Below are positions 11,170-23,324 of a stretch of DNA of 64,000 nucleotides, one piece after another. The position numbers and the translations under genes are program-made. The notes under the pieces are model-generated. The model was not told the DNA's origin, did no database searches, and was given only the letters and a program-made list of their open reading frames with translations. The DNA is from Pelomyxa schiedti (taxonomy: Eukaryota; Protista; Evosea): positions 1 to 64,000 of the forward strand of contig JAHLWZ010000470.1 in assembly GCA_020536535.1 (NCBI GenBank). The letters run 5' to 3'. How positions within the stretch are numbered: position 1 is the first letter of the stretch; the number at the start of each line of letters is the position of its first letter.

Positions 11170-12061
11170 AAGTCACTCTGGCCTCGTTGTTGTTATTTTA
11201 TCTCTGTAGTGAAATGCACTGGGTGCGCCCAGTGGATAAACTTGTTTTTTGTTGGTTGTTTTTATTTTTCATTCATTATGCCGTTTTTTGACTGAAACGT
11301 CCAATAAAAAACCGGGCATTGCGTGTGATGGGTGTCGGCCGACACCCGTTAGCCAATTTTTACGGTTACCCTTGTTGTTGGGTGTTTGTGTGGCAGTTGT
11401 TTGTTGTCTGTCGCAATTTTGTTTTGGCCAACCAAAACCATTTCTCTGTTCGCTGATGGGTTGGTTGCTCGTGTTTTCTTGTTGGTGTGGTCAAGTGATG
11501 GTTGTTCATTTTTTGCCCAAGAAAACACAAGCAACAAACCCCCTGCACTGTTCTTTTTGTTCATTATTTGCTTTGTATGCTTCAACACCCAAATGCCTCT
11601 CACGAAACTGTTTGTAAGCAACAAAGTGAAAAAAGTGGTTGGGGACCAGTACGCGCGTTGTGGTTGTGTCAGTGGGTGGGGGTGTTGGTTGGGTGGTGCC
11701 AGCACTGTGCATTTACCTGTCTGTTTTTTCTGTGATATGGTTGGCATACCTGGTGTTCCCATTGCACCCCACCATGATTTCACTTCTTGAGGTATCTTAC
11801 CACAGCAGAGGACACCCTTATCACAAAAAGACCAGTTCCCCCTTTAGCAACACATTTGTTGGAGCAGGGTAACGGCGAGGCATATATCACCAAATCTGCT
11901 TGTAAGGAACGGCATTTTGAGATATTTTGTTCGATTTTGGAGATCTAGATGTTTCTCTCAAAGGAATCATCAGCCGCACTTGGACGAGAAAGTAGAGACA
12001 CAACTTTGCACGGGCTCCCCGTGAGAAGAGCAAGTGTACGTAATAAAAAGAAATATTTTTT

Positions 12062-15000
12062 TTAGACACCATTAGCTTTCACAGGGATAGAAGGAGCCTC
12101 AGTAGGGCAGAGTAGTGGGCCTTTGTTGCCGGTGTTGTATTGCTGCAGGAAGGTTGCCCACTCTGCCAAAGTGGGATAAAGAGGTAGATTCCAGTTATAA
12201 GGAGTGTAGGAATTGAAGAAGATAAGGGACTGAATCAAGGCATTGGTGACATCCACATCCGTAACTGCTGCTCCAGATTCGATGTTCAGCACGGCAGCAA
12301 TGTATTCCTGAGCCAAGGTGAAGTACATTCCATAAGATCCAGCTGGCTCGGTGTTCATAACTTCAAGCCACGTCATTTCGGATATGAAGAACTGTTTGAG
12401 AAGGTGCTGGCCCCAATGAGGGTCACTGTCCATGTTGTTCTTCCACCACTCCTGGGTGTGCGTGCATCCCAGGGCGCACAGGACGTCCACCTGAACGGTA
12501 ACGTTGTCACTCCAGGTAGTAAGGCCAGAGTCGACGGTCGTGGCGGAGATTTGGTCAACAACATCGAAGTGCCCGCAGTCGCACTTGAGAATGAGCGATT
12601 CGAAGCAATCTGTGAGTGGTGCCCCTGGGTCAGCCACGTCAACGCACTGGCCTGGGAGAGTCATGCTGACGCTGTCTATCACATCCACGAGAGATACGCA
12701 GGAATCAAGCTATATGGTAAATGGGTTAGTACAATGAAACCAGATGTGGCTACACACTGTGCTCAGAAGTGACCAGTTGTCTGGGAAGTCTCCGATGGAG
12801 CTAGTGGCAGTCCCACCTAAGAAGGTAGGATCCGTAACAACTGTAGCAGTTGCAACCTCATCATCGGCTGGAAGCGAAGACATGGACATTGTCCATGGGC
12901 AAGTTGCAATTGCACCAGGTATAAGCGTGTCCTGAGTGGAATACGGTTAGACGGAAATATGAAGTTACTGTGGAATGCACACTAAATCGCAAGGAGCTAG
13001 AGCACTTGTTCCACAGAATAGCACAGTAACAGAGTTAATAGTAGCGCTCTGATAAACATTGTTGTTCGTAACTTTCACTTCGCCATACACTGTGAAGTTG
13101 AAGTAATAAGGATCGGGATCCACTGTGTAGCAGTACTCCTCAGTATAACCCTCATTGATCGAGAGGGTCAGTTCTGGCACAGTAGCAACCTTGGTCACAG
13201 TCCACGAGTATCCCATGTAGTATTGTCCAAAAATCGTCAGAAGGATATCAGCTTCGCAAGGAACATTCACTGTAGTCGTAACCGCGTCAGTCGACAATTC
13301 ACTCTCGGTAGTGTTGCCCACAAGTCTGACGGTATTCAGGACATCAAACCGTTGGCACAGCATGTCCTCAGTGGAAATTTCTGTAGTGGTATCGAAGCTC
13401 CTGGACCCTGATGTGTAGCATTGTGGCGGAGCAAGTTCTCGATTGACTTGTTGACCGTTGAATGAAAGTTCGTCATTTATGTAGACACAGGGGTCAATCT
13501 AAAGGATCGGTTTTAAGTGTGGAAATAAGGGATGAATATATTACCTCTTGGTACATCTGCCAGTAAACAGGGCCACAGCTTGAACCAGCATAACTAATGA
13601 TGGGCTCCTCAATATAGATTGTAACGCTCAATAATGTATCTGCAGGCTGGGGTTCAGTGATGATTACATTAGCAAAGGAGCCGTAAAGGATATCTCCCGC
13701 ATGAAGAACGAGACCATTCTAGAAGTAGTCAGGAAAATTCTGGAAGAAGTGCATTGGGTTGGTACCACGGAGGTTTCATCACCACCAATTGTCCATGTGG
13801 GGGGAACTGTAATGCTGCCGTATTGTACAAGTACAGAAGACAGTGTGGCGCTAGACATTACGTTGGGATTGGAAATTGTAACCCCACCAGAGATCTGGTA
13901 TTCCTCATCGTTGGTTCCAGTTTGCGTGATAGTGATGTCATAGTGAATATGAGCAAAGGAATCGGGTTCAACGGTGATAGAGGAATCAGAGGCAGATTTC
14001 TCTACAAGCCACAAGTACCGCGTGTCATAGGTGCCAGTTACAGTGCAATCATAAGTCAAGGGGCATGGCACTTCAAATTGCACTTCAACAGTATTGCTGA
14101 TATATTGGTCCCCGCTGTCATTTGTAACACCAACCACATTGTCACGTATATCATGGTATCCGCATGTGCTTATGTCAACTTGGTAAATAAATTCATCAAA
14201 CAGGCACTCGTGCCAATCAAAGCATTTCTGTCCAAGAGGTATTTCAACAGGATCCAAGTTGGCACTGTCCTGAGTGATATCTTTGAGTTCAATGCACTCA
14301 TCCACCTGAGGGAAATTAAAACAATGAAGGTAGATGCGGAACTAACCAAGTTTTGCATCCAAATGGGAGTGTCGAGGGAACTGGAACCATGCACAGGGGA
14401 GCCAATTTGCGGCGTTACTACGACTTTGACTTGGGCAAACATGTTGTGGAAGTCATCTGGCAAAGGGAGTTTGTAATCGCACTTAATACTATCAGCAGCG
14501 CCAATTTCTACTAGTGTTGAAGGCTAGTATGTGGAAAAGTTAGAGAGAGATAATTAAGTGGAGAACAACCGAGTCGACGCAGCTTAAAGACAGTTGTTGT
14601 CCCTCAAAAACAGCATCCACAGTGACCCAAATGGACTCTGAAGGGTATGGATTCCTCAGTAAGATAGAACCAGACAGAGCAACGTTTTCTCTGTGTCCAC
14701 TCGGGGTCAAGTCCAACCTGTAGCTCAGGTCCAGTGGATTGCTACTTATTGGGAGTACGGGTTCCACAGGGGTGACACTCTTAGTGAGATTCCATGTAAC
14801 TACCCAGTCATAAGACCCAGACGCCAGTGAACATATGAGTACTCTGGGAAGGTAGCAGACACAGACGTGCTTGATTTCTGGTAGGTGACCGCCTTCATTG
14901 GGTGCAGTGTACATTTCTACATCGTCGAACTGTACGCCTCCTGGGCTGTAGCTGTGTACCCTGGCAGAGTTTTCTATCTTTGTGAGACAAGATGGAATGA

Positions 15001-15364
15001 TGAAGAGTAATTTCTACCTCCTTTTAGAATGACCGCAGAAACAGGGAACGAAGACGTAAAACCACTCAAATGTTGTTCGCCGAAAGACCCAAGTGAAAAC
15101 GTGCCTACTTCATCTATCGTGTAATCATTTTTCTCAGGGGGCCAATTGATCCTTTGAGCAACAATGAATGTATGGGGGGGAAAAAAAGCGTGCTTACAAA
15201 TATTGCAACAAAGGGGCACCACAGTCGGCATTGAAATCAACTTGTTGTTCAGATCTGGATAACGATATCAGGAGATAGTATGCAACACAAAGTACGAACC
15301 TCCCAGCGATTGCAGTACCCACGTAGAAATAAACAAGTCCAAAAATGAAAAGGCTGAAAGCCAT
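12062..15364 (-). CDS. Secreted multi-exon protein of prokaryote-type modules: VILKG...KHVCVCY domain, three 'W.v.K' beta-sandwich repeats and a C-terminal 'CTHTQEWWK...YIAAVLN' domain
   Basis: Signal peptide MAFSLFIFGLVYFYVGTAIAG from the ATG at 15364; exons splice in frame via GT-AG introns; stop at 12062. Confidence 0.75.
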
Positions 15365-15723
15365 AGTTTATACAAAAGTAGTTTTGGTGTCGAGTTTAAA
15401 AATAAAACAATTAAAACTGAATAATGATACCAAAAAACCAACGGATTTATAAATGCAGTGCAGGGCAATAGTGTCAATGTGTCACATTCCTTCTACGCCA
15501 CCCGTTGCGAAAAGATGTTTTGATGAAAAAATCCCTTCAATTTTTCTTTTTTCTTTGTTTATCGTCTGACAACATTCACCTGGCACCCTGTCAAGCACAA
15601 CCCATCTAAATGGTAGGTAACCCGTAGCAACAAGATTGGACGCGTGCTTCCCCACCAAATGATTGGGATCCTTAAACTTGGTATAAGATCCGCAATTGCC
15701 GTAGCAATCTACGCCGCTAGACC

Positions 15724-16797
15724 ATGTCGGTGAGTGCCCTGATGGCCGAACAACGCACAGTCCTCACTGTTCCTTTTTCCCTAAGTATAGAGAATTGTTG
15801 TCACCTGAGGGACTTCGTGTCGATGGAAGACGTGCAACCGAGTTGCGGCACATCGACTGCGCAATGGGGATTTTTACTCACACGGACGGTTCTGCCTTCT
15901 TCAAGATGGGCAATACACTAGCTTGTGCGTGTCCTCCTGTATTTTTGATGATTGCACTCGAAAATGCATGCTTGTGCCTGATTATATTATATTTAGTGGC
16001 TGCCGTTTACGGCCCGCGTGAACCGGCTCGCGGTAAGCCGTCTCACTCTCGAGCGTCTATCGAATGCAGCTTCACAATGGCAACATTCAGTACCCCAATG
16101 CGCAAGAAGACCACAAAGGACAGGTTCCTTTTTCCCTCTCGCTTGGGTGTTTTCATCGATGGCACTCTTTTAACTCATTTAGAAACACTACCGACGTTGC
16201 AGTAATGCTGAAACAGATATTCGAATCTGTTATTCTAACTTCTTTATATCCCGGCTCCGTTATCAGTGTATTTGTACAAATACTTCAATCCGATGGAGGT
16301 TTGTGCCTTCCATGCTGTTTCGCTTCTTCCAACCGGATTAGGAGTACGACCATGTGCGATTAATGCCGCTACCCTGGCTCTTGTCAATGCCGGCATTCCA
16401 ATGAAGGACTTGGTGTGCGCATGCTCTGCTGGTGCTGTTGATGGCACTCCTCTATTGGGTTTGTGAACCGGTTCGTTTTCTTCCCTTGGTATTCATCAAG
16501 ACCTCTAGATTTAAATAACATTGAGGAGTCAGCAGGTGGTGCGGAGTTACCAATAGCGCTCCTGCCTAAAACCAGCACAGTATCCCTGGTTCAGCTAACT
16601 TCAAAGCTTGCCCTGGCCCAGTTCAAGACGGTACTTTTCACTTCCGAGGTGGTTTTATTACCTACATTCTGCAGATAGTTGACCTTGCCAGCGACGGCTG
16701 CCGAGGAGTGCATACTGTGATGGTGGCGAAGATAAAAGAGCATGAAACAACAGAGCTGCAAGCACGGGGCTCTGCCTTCGCCAACTCTGTCCTCTAG
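15724..16797 (+). CDS. RRP41: Exosome complex component RRP41 (EXOSC4)
   Basis: Spliced MSYRELLSPEGLRVDGRRATELR..., DGSAFFKMGNT, VYGPRE, LYPGSVISVFVQILQSDGG, AINAATLALVNAGIPMKD and LDLNNIEE (RNase PH fold). Confidence 0.93.
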
Positions 16798-17029
16798 AAA
16801 CTACCTTACAGTCCATGTTGGGCCCAACTGATATGCACCAAAGCCCGAATAGGGTAACTTCAAAAAAATTACCGATTTTCAGAATGAACCATCGAACAAA
16901 CAAGAAAAAAAAAACAACAACAAAAGCCACGGGGTCTTTGGGGAGATCTACGTGCAACGAGAAAGCACCCACACCACACGTGGGAGTAGATCTGCATACC
17001 ATAATCTTGTCGAGTTAGATCGCGCGAAG

Positions 17030-17967
17030 ATGTATGTATACGTACCGCTGGTTTACAACCCGCCTCCGCCGCTGCCGCCTCCCCCTGCATCTCTGCCATT
17101 AACTGTTGACCAACACGCCGACGCCTCCCCTAGTGCCCCTTCGCCATCTCAAGGTTTTTTTTTTTTGTTTGTTTGTTTGTTTGTTTGTTTGTTTGTTTGT
17201 TGTTGCTGTTGTTATTCCGATGCATGATGACAATAATGAACTAAATCACAGGCCCTCCGGGATCGTGGGATGTATTTGGCTCACTTTCTAGAATATTGAA
17301 TTATTCGAGCGAGCTTTGTGAAAAAGGAATAGAGAAAGTCTCTTCTGAGGTTTTTTTAGAACTTTTCTTTGACACTGGAATAGCTAATTTTATCAAGGTA
17401 AAGCAAGCTGCTCATGCATACTCAGATAGTGTTTTTCGTTCGTATTTTAGATTACCTCCTGAGGAAGAGTTTCTTGGGGGTACGCGAAATGGAGATTAGT
17501 AAAAATGCACCCTAATGTGGAACAGAGTTCTGGTGCCGTGGAATCAGTGGGGGCCATATCATTACCGTAACCATTTTCCTATCTACCAACTATTTTGGTT
17601 TCCTTCTCGAACACCAGGGTCAAAAAGAGACTGTATGACAAGCAACATCCCTCAACTCTTATAATACAAAAAAAGGTGATGTTTCCAATGAGAAATATTG
17701 TCTCCTGGCAAAGGGCAGTTCAAACGCGACATCACAATGGATTACCCAATTTCGTTGTTGATACCTCAGCATCGAAATTTGACGCGATTCAGATATACAC
17801 TGATGACTTTAGGGTTCGAAATTCCCAGTGTGTGAATCAACTGAACCTCATTCTAGATGCACGTTTTTTATGGGTTCTACCACTTCACTAAATTCTGCCA
17901 AACTTTTGACAGTACCTGGCGGTTTGAACCACTTCCCTTCTTCCATCATTCATTGTTCATAGAGTAG
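17030..17967 (+). CDS. GRAM-domain protein (multi-exon; may continue into the 18090-19522 exon)
   Basis: FRSYFRLPPEEEFL, LSTNYFGF, VMFPMRNIVS, DAIQIYTDD and HVFYGF..F...W fit the GRAM/PH-like pattern. Confidence 0.65.
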
Positions 17968-18089
17968 CGAAACGGTTTAGTGGCTCCCTTACGCATCACC
18001 AGCATAGGAGATGCATTTCTGACTCTTCTTTTCAAGCATTAAAACTCAAAACGCAGGTGCCAAATACATAGAAAGGCATCCTTTTTCTA

Positions 18090-19522
18090 AAAAGAGATAC
18101 AAGGTACAGACCGAGCAAAGTCTCTCTTGCACTGATCCCAGTGATGATGGAAGTCTCTCTTCTTCTCACGGCAACCATACCAGTGATGCGGACACTGCTT
18201 TTCCAATTCATTCTGAGGGTGGCACTGTTCCTTCTGCCGCCGTAAACCTGCCCAACTCACCAGCCAGCGCTCGTCTCCTTGTGGCTGAACAATCTCATTC
18301 TCACATAAAACGGAAACTCCGTCTGGAGTGTGGAGTATCAGTAAGAAAGGACTCGAGTTACGCCTGTCACCCCAAAACAAACAACCACTCCTACCCAAAG
18401 CGAAGCCTCAGTGTTGATAGTGCCACCAGCACCCGTCCACAGGTATACAGACACAGGAAACACAGACGAACACACCAACAAACTCCATTAAATGTACCAC
18501 GTCATTCCCGGCAGCGCTGCAGGAACCTAACCTGCAGTAATGCCGAGAACAACACAGAACCCACCCCCACTTCTTCATCACCACCAACAATATCATCTCT
18601 AAACATTAATGCAAATATCATCACCACATATAGTGTCTACACCTTACAACCACCAGAGGCTAATCAACAAGCAGCAACTCCACAGCAACTTCAACAATTT
18701 AGACCTTCTGCAGATTGTAACTGCCCGAAGGATCTCATGGAATCTACTCGACACAATTCCAGAAAAACTAAAGGCAAATCAACAACCAAAACTGCACATG
18801 AAAAACTCCGGCCACATCCTTCTTGCTGTCAGCAACCCAGGCAATGCACATCTCCTATCAGGACCAAACGTTTATATCACAAACGATGGAGATGGAGAAC
18901 CCAAGAAAGTGGATGTCTGAGTGACGTGGAAGGGGCAGATGATGAATGGGAAGGGAGTGCTATGGGAAGGAGGCCCCATGAAAGTTCAGGCTCCACCAGT
19001 AGTGAAGCAAGTAAATGCAGTGGTGCCAGTGCAGATGTAAGCTCCTGTCAGTCCGGCAGTGATGACAGCAATGCAGAACGTGCCCACACTACCCCAAATC
19101 CAAGTGCCACATTACCCTCCCCTGAGAGTGGAGTTGATAAAAGCTCAAGTGTTCCTGCTTTAATGCCGAGTCCTACACCTTCTCAGGCAACGGACGCAAC
19201 AAACATTACTCAGTCTGTGTCGAAGCACATGCATTTGGTTGGATTCCTCCCAGACGTTCCCACTACTTTGCCGTCACTGGATGCATACCAGAAAGATAGC
19301 GAATCGGCTCCCCTAGAAACAATCACAGGTACAGGGACCGCAACACCACAAAAGTGCCCCGCTGAGTTGGAGGCCAAATCCAGAGGAAAATCAAAACGGA
19401 GAGCCACCACCGCACCACCAACCGGCTCTCAGCACCAACATCACATCAACAAGAATCACCACAAAGCCACACTACACAAAGCCAACCAGGAGCCCCACAC
19501 CACATCCCCTCCAAACTTGTAG
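18090..19522 (+). CDS. Long Ser/Thr/Pro/His-rich low-complexity exon, likely the C-terminus of the GRAM gene
   Basis: Frame open from ~18090 through ORF 18281..19522; no domain recognised. Confidence 0.55.
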
Positions 19523-19662
19523 TTTACAGTACTAGCACAGACACACTAACTTACCCCCCCGCTACCCCCACTCCCCCTATCTAACCCTAAGCAAAAACGA
19601 AAGAAAAGAAGCCGGCTTCTTCCCGCCACAGCTGGCCACCCAACAAGCCCGCGGCCCTCGCC

Positions 19663-20004
19663 CTAGGGCTTTATTGTAACCGTGTATTCTCTACAGCCAG
19701 AATAAGACACCATAGTGGCGTAGCCACTGACCATCACCCTGAAGGTGAAGGCTCCCGCCGCGGCGGGGGTGCCCTGCACCAGCACGGTCTTGTCCGACTC
19801 CTTCCACGCCAGGGCCAGGCCCGGGGGCAGCCCGCCCCTGTGGAGGTGGCACTCCCTGATGGCCCTCGTCTCCAGCTGGATGGTGCCGGTGTAGGGCGCG
19901 CCGACTTGGCCCGGCGGCAGCGGCCCAGACAGCCGTATGTTGTTGACTGCGTCGGGGTCGTCGTGGACAGTGTCGAAGTTTGTTGTCGTCAAAGCACCAC
20001 CCAT
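19663..20004 (-). CDS. Small intronless protein with one putative Ig (He_PIG-like) domain
   Basis: MGGALTT start at the ATG at 20004; LPPGQVGAPYTGTI...GGLPPGLAL...VQGTPAAAGAFTFRV pattern; GC-rich. Confidence 0.7.
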   Translation of the reverse strand: MGGALTTTNFDTVHDDPDAVNNIRLSGPLPPGQVGAPYTGTIQLETRAIRECHLHRGGLPPGLALAWKESDKTVLVQGTPAAAGAFTFRVMVSGYATMVSYSGCREYTVTIKP

Positions 20005-20073
20005 CACTCTGTAAGGCAGGTTTTTTTTTGACTTCTTGTTCGTCGTTGTTCTTTGGAATCGCGGCGAAACACG

Positions 20074-21665
20074 ATGAACGGGATGAGCGGGGGCGTGGTG
20101 GTGGTTATGAGGCACGGGCACAGCGTCGCCAACGAGAGGGGAGTGATCAACAGCAGCCCGGCGACGGCGACGCGGCCCGAGTGGGGGCTCACTGGTCTGG
20201 GGGCGCAGCAGGCCTCACGGTGTGAGCTACCTGCGCTGTTGACTGGTGCTTCTGCAGTGCGTGAGGCTAGATGTTCCAGACGAAACATTGTTTTTACTAA
20301 AATTTTATTTTGGTTTTTTTTTTTTTTTTTTTTCTTACTTGGGGATTCAGGTTGTTGTGTGCACCTCTGACTTTACAAGGGCTGTGGAAACTGCTGATAT
20401 TGTAATTGAAAGGCTGGGGGCCTTGGGGGTTACTGTCACAAAATTAGTTGAAATGGACCTGAGGGAGAGGAACTTTGGACCTCTGTTGGAGGGTGAACCA
20501 ACTTCAAGGTATCAACCTAGTAAGTTTTTTTTTTGACATTTTTACAATTGGGGAAAGGTATGAAGAAGTGTGGCAAAAGGACAAACTTGGCACAGATTTC
20601 GAAGGTGCTGAAAATGTGAATGCTGTGAGGGAACGAGCACTTGGCGTTTTGAGAAGGATTGAATCCACACACCCTGGATGCCCCATTGTGGTTGTGAGCC
20701 ATGGTGATGTGTTGCAAATACTACAGACGGCATTCGTAAACTTCCCTGCAACCCAGCACCGTTCAGTGCAACACCTGGAAAATGCACAACCCAGAATCGT
20801 GCAACAACCTTCACCAAGAACTGCAGCCCTTTCAGCTGCGGAGACTCCTGCGTGCCTCTCTATCCTACCACCCCCAATTGTGAAACTCACAACCTCGCAA
20901 GAATTAGCTACGGGGCGGTGGGTGAAGTTTTTCAAGACCAGTTATGTTGACGAAAACGATTCTGCCACAATACGTGTGAGAGAATTTCCCATTCCATCTA
21001 GCACGCCATTTAACATAGAAAGGAATGCGAGCACTTTGATCGTACAAACCGACCACCAGTGTCAGATGGAGTAGATATTCTACCAATCATCAAACAACGC
21101 GGAAAACCAAATTCCCTATTGCTTGTAACCCAATACCGTCCACCAGTGGGCACTCACTCCCTGGAATTCCCAGCAGGCAAGTATTTTTTCCGGAAATGCA
21201 TCCCTTCACTTACCAATACAAAATTAGGGCTGGTGGATAAAGGTGAGACGCCAGCACAGGCTGCTCTCAGAGAATTGAAGGAGGAAACTGGATTTCAGGG
21301 GAAGATTATTTCTGAGAGCCCTGTTATTTTCTATGATGTCTCTATCACAAGTGATAACGGAATTCTTTTTGTTGTGGAGGTAATTTACCCTTTTGCTTAT
21401 GCCCGTCTCCTCTTATAATTTTTGAGTTTACAGGTTGATGTTGACGATGAAGTGAACCAGAGCCCAAAGCAACATTTAGATGACGGGGAGCACATCCACA
21501 TACTAATAATACCCATTGGTCAACTCAGCAGCACCATGGAAGGTTTATTTCCTTTTTTCGTTTTATTTGGCCCTAATATTACTCGTAGAATTCTCCCGCA
21601 AGGGTTATGTCATTGACTCCAAAGTCCAAGCTGTGTGCATGGGATTGCAGTGGTCTTTGAGTTGA
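20074..21665 (+). CDS. Fusion of a histidine phosphatase (PGAM-like) and a NUDT5-like ADP-ribose pyrophosphatase
   Basis: RHG motif (VMRHGHS), SDFTRAVETA, LRERNFG and VSHGD; then, within one exon, ...KLTTSQELATGRWVKFFKTSYVD; Nudix box spliced as EFPAG|LVDKGETPAQAALRELKEETG; stop at 21665. Confidence 0.85.
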
Positions 21666-21962
21666 AGTTCCTGGCCGCCTTTTTGTAGATCAAGTTCCCT
21701 TCCTTCTTTGTGATCATTTGATGATCTATTGGGTTTCTCTTTTGGGAGCTTGGCAGCTGACGTCGGTTTGGGCCCAAAATCAAAACAGGCGCCAGGCAAC
21801 GGCGCAGGCACCTTTTTATTTTTCCAAACTTTTTTTCTGGGAAGATCGTTTCGATAAACAAAAACCTGTTGAACCAGCAAACAAACAAAACAAAAAAAAA
21901 ACCTCGACCAACCTTGAGGTCCGGAGGGTGTGTTCCTTGTTTTGTACCTGTTCCTACGTAGG

Positions 21963-22974
21963 ATGATAGCGGCATCAACATACGGTACTGTGAGATCTGT
22001 GTTTCGTTTCGTCTTTGAGATCTAACACGCGGTCAGACGTGAGACCCCTTTCCAGAATCCACACTATGCTCAGCTCGTTCTTTGGTTTTAAGCCCCAACA
22101 CCAAGCCATTGTTCCTCCCAGTCCTCGGTCTCAGGTCATTTTGTTGCCGCCACAAAATAGGTGTGTTTTAACACCAAGAAAACCACCCAATCTCCTAACT
22201 GATTTTGAAGGGCCCCCGGCCAGTGGAAGAAAACTCTTGTTCTTGATCTTGATGAGACGTTAATACACAGTTCGTTGGTGGTAAGTGCTCACTCTCTTAC
22301 TCTGTGTCAATCCTGGGTAATCGTTTGTTACTAGCCTGTTCCGAATACGGATTTTACCTTCACTTTGCAAGTTGAGGGTCAAACAGTCACTGTGTACGTC
22401 TCCAAGAGACCTGGAGTCGATCAATTCCTGCGAGAACTAAAAGAAAAATTCGAATTAGTAGTTTTCACTGCCAGCATACCTCAGGTAAACAAATCGACAC
22501 TGGCACTCTAAGAACACGCACCTGACGATCACAACAGACATATCCCACCATACATACAAACTTTTGGTGGTGTTGTAACTTGCTTCCAGTATGCTGATGC
22601 AGTACTGGACCTGCTCGATAGAGATAAACTTATCTCGGCCCGCATTTATCGAGAATCCTGCGTAGTTATCAACGGAATTTATGTGAAGGTTCCTTCCCCC
22701 CCCTTCTTGCCCTTTTCCCTCTCCAACTTCGAATCACTAGGACCTTCGAGGTTTAGGGAGGGACCTCAAGGACACCATCCTTCTCGACAACACTCCGGGA
22801 TCCTATCTGCTTCAACCGCAGAACGGCCTCGGAATCACATCCTGGACAGAGGATCAGCGCGACGCGGAGCTGAACAACCTTCTGCCGTTCCTAAGTGAAC
22901 TGGCAGTGTGCTCCGACGTGAGGATCAAGCTGTCAGAGATGGACTGGCAAGAAGGTGACGAAATCTTCTTGTAA
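21963..22974 (+). CDS. FCP1/SCP-family (CTDSP/Psr1-like) HAD phosphatase
   Basis: KTLVLDLDETLIHSS, VYVSKRPGVDQFL, FTASIPQYADAVLDLLD, RIYRESC and KDLRGLGRDLKDTILLDN. Confidence 0.9.
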
Positions 22975-23324
22975 CCACCACAACAGCAACAACCACCACA
23001 CACACGACGTGTACGACTGCCGGCGTAATGTACATATAGCGTTGGCGCAACGCTCTCCCACACCAACAAAAGGTGTTTTGGGCTTCATCATTACATGTAA
23101 AACGAAAATCAACACCAACCTTCCTTGCTTTCAGCTCTTCTTTTTGTTTCAAAAAAAACCGAATCTCGGCAATTTCGTCTCCTGCTCATATTTTTTCTTC
23201 CGGTAACACTTAAGTTCCCTAACCTTGTTACGGTAACCGTCTTTCAGCCACCTGATAAAGCAAACATACGTATCAACGAAATACAAATCAAAACAAACAA
23301 CAACTAAGGGGAGCAATCACGAGA

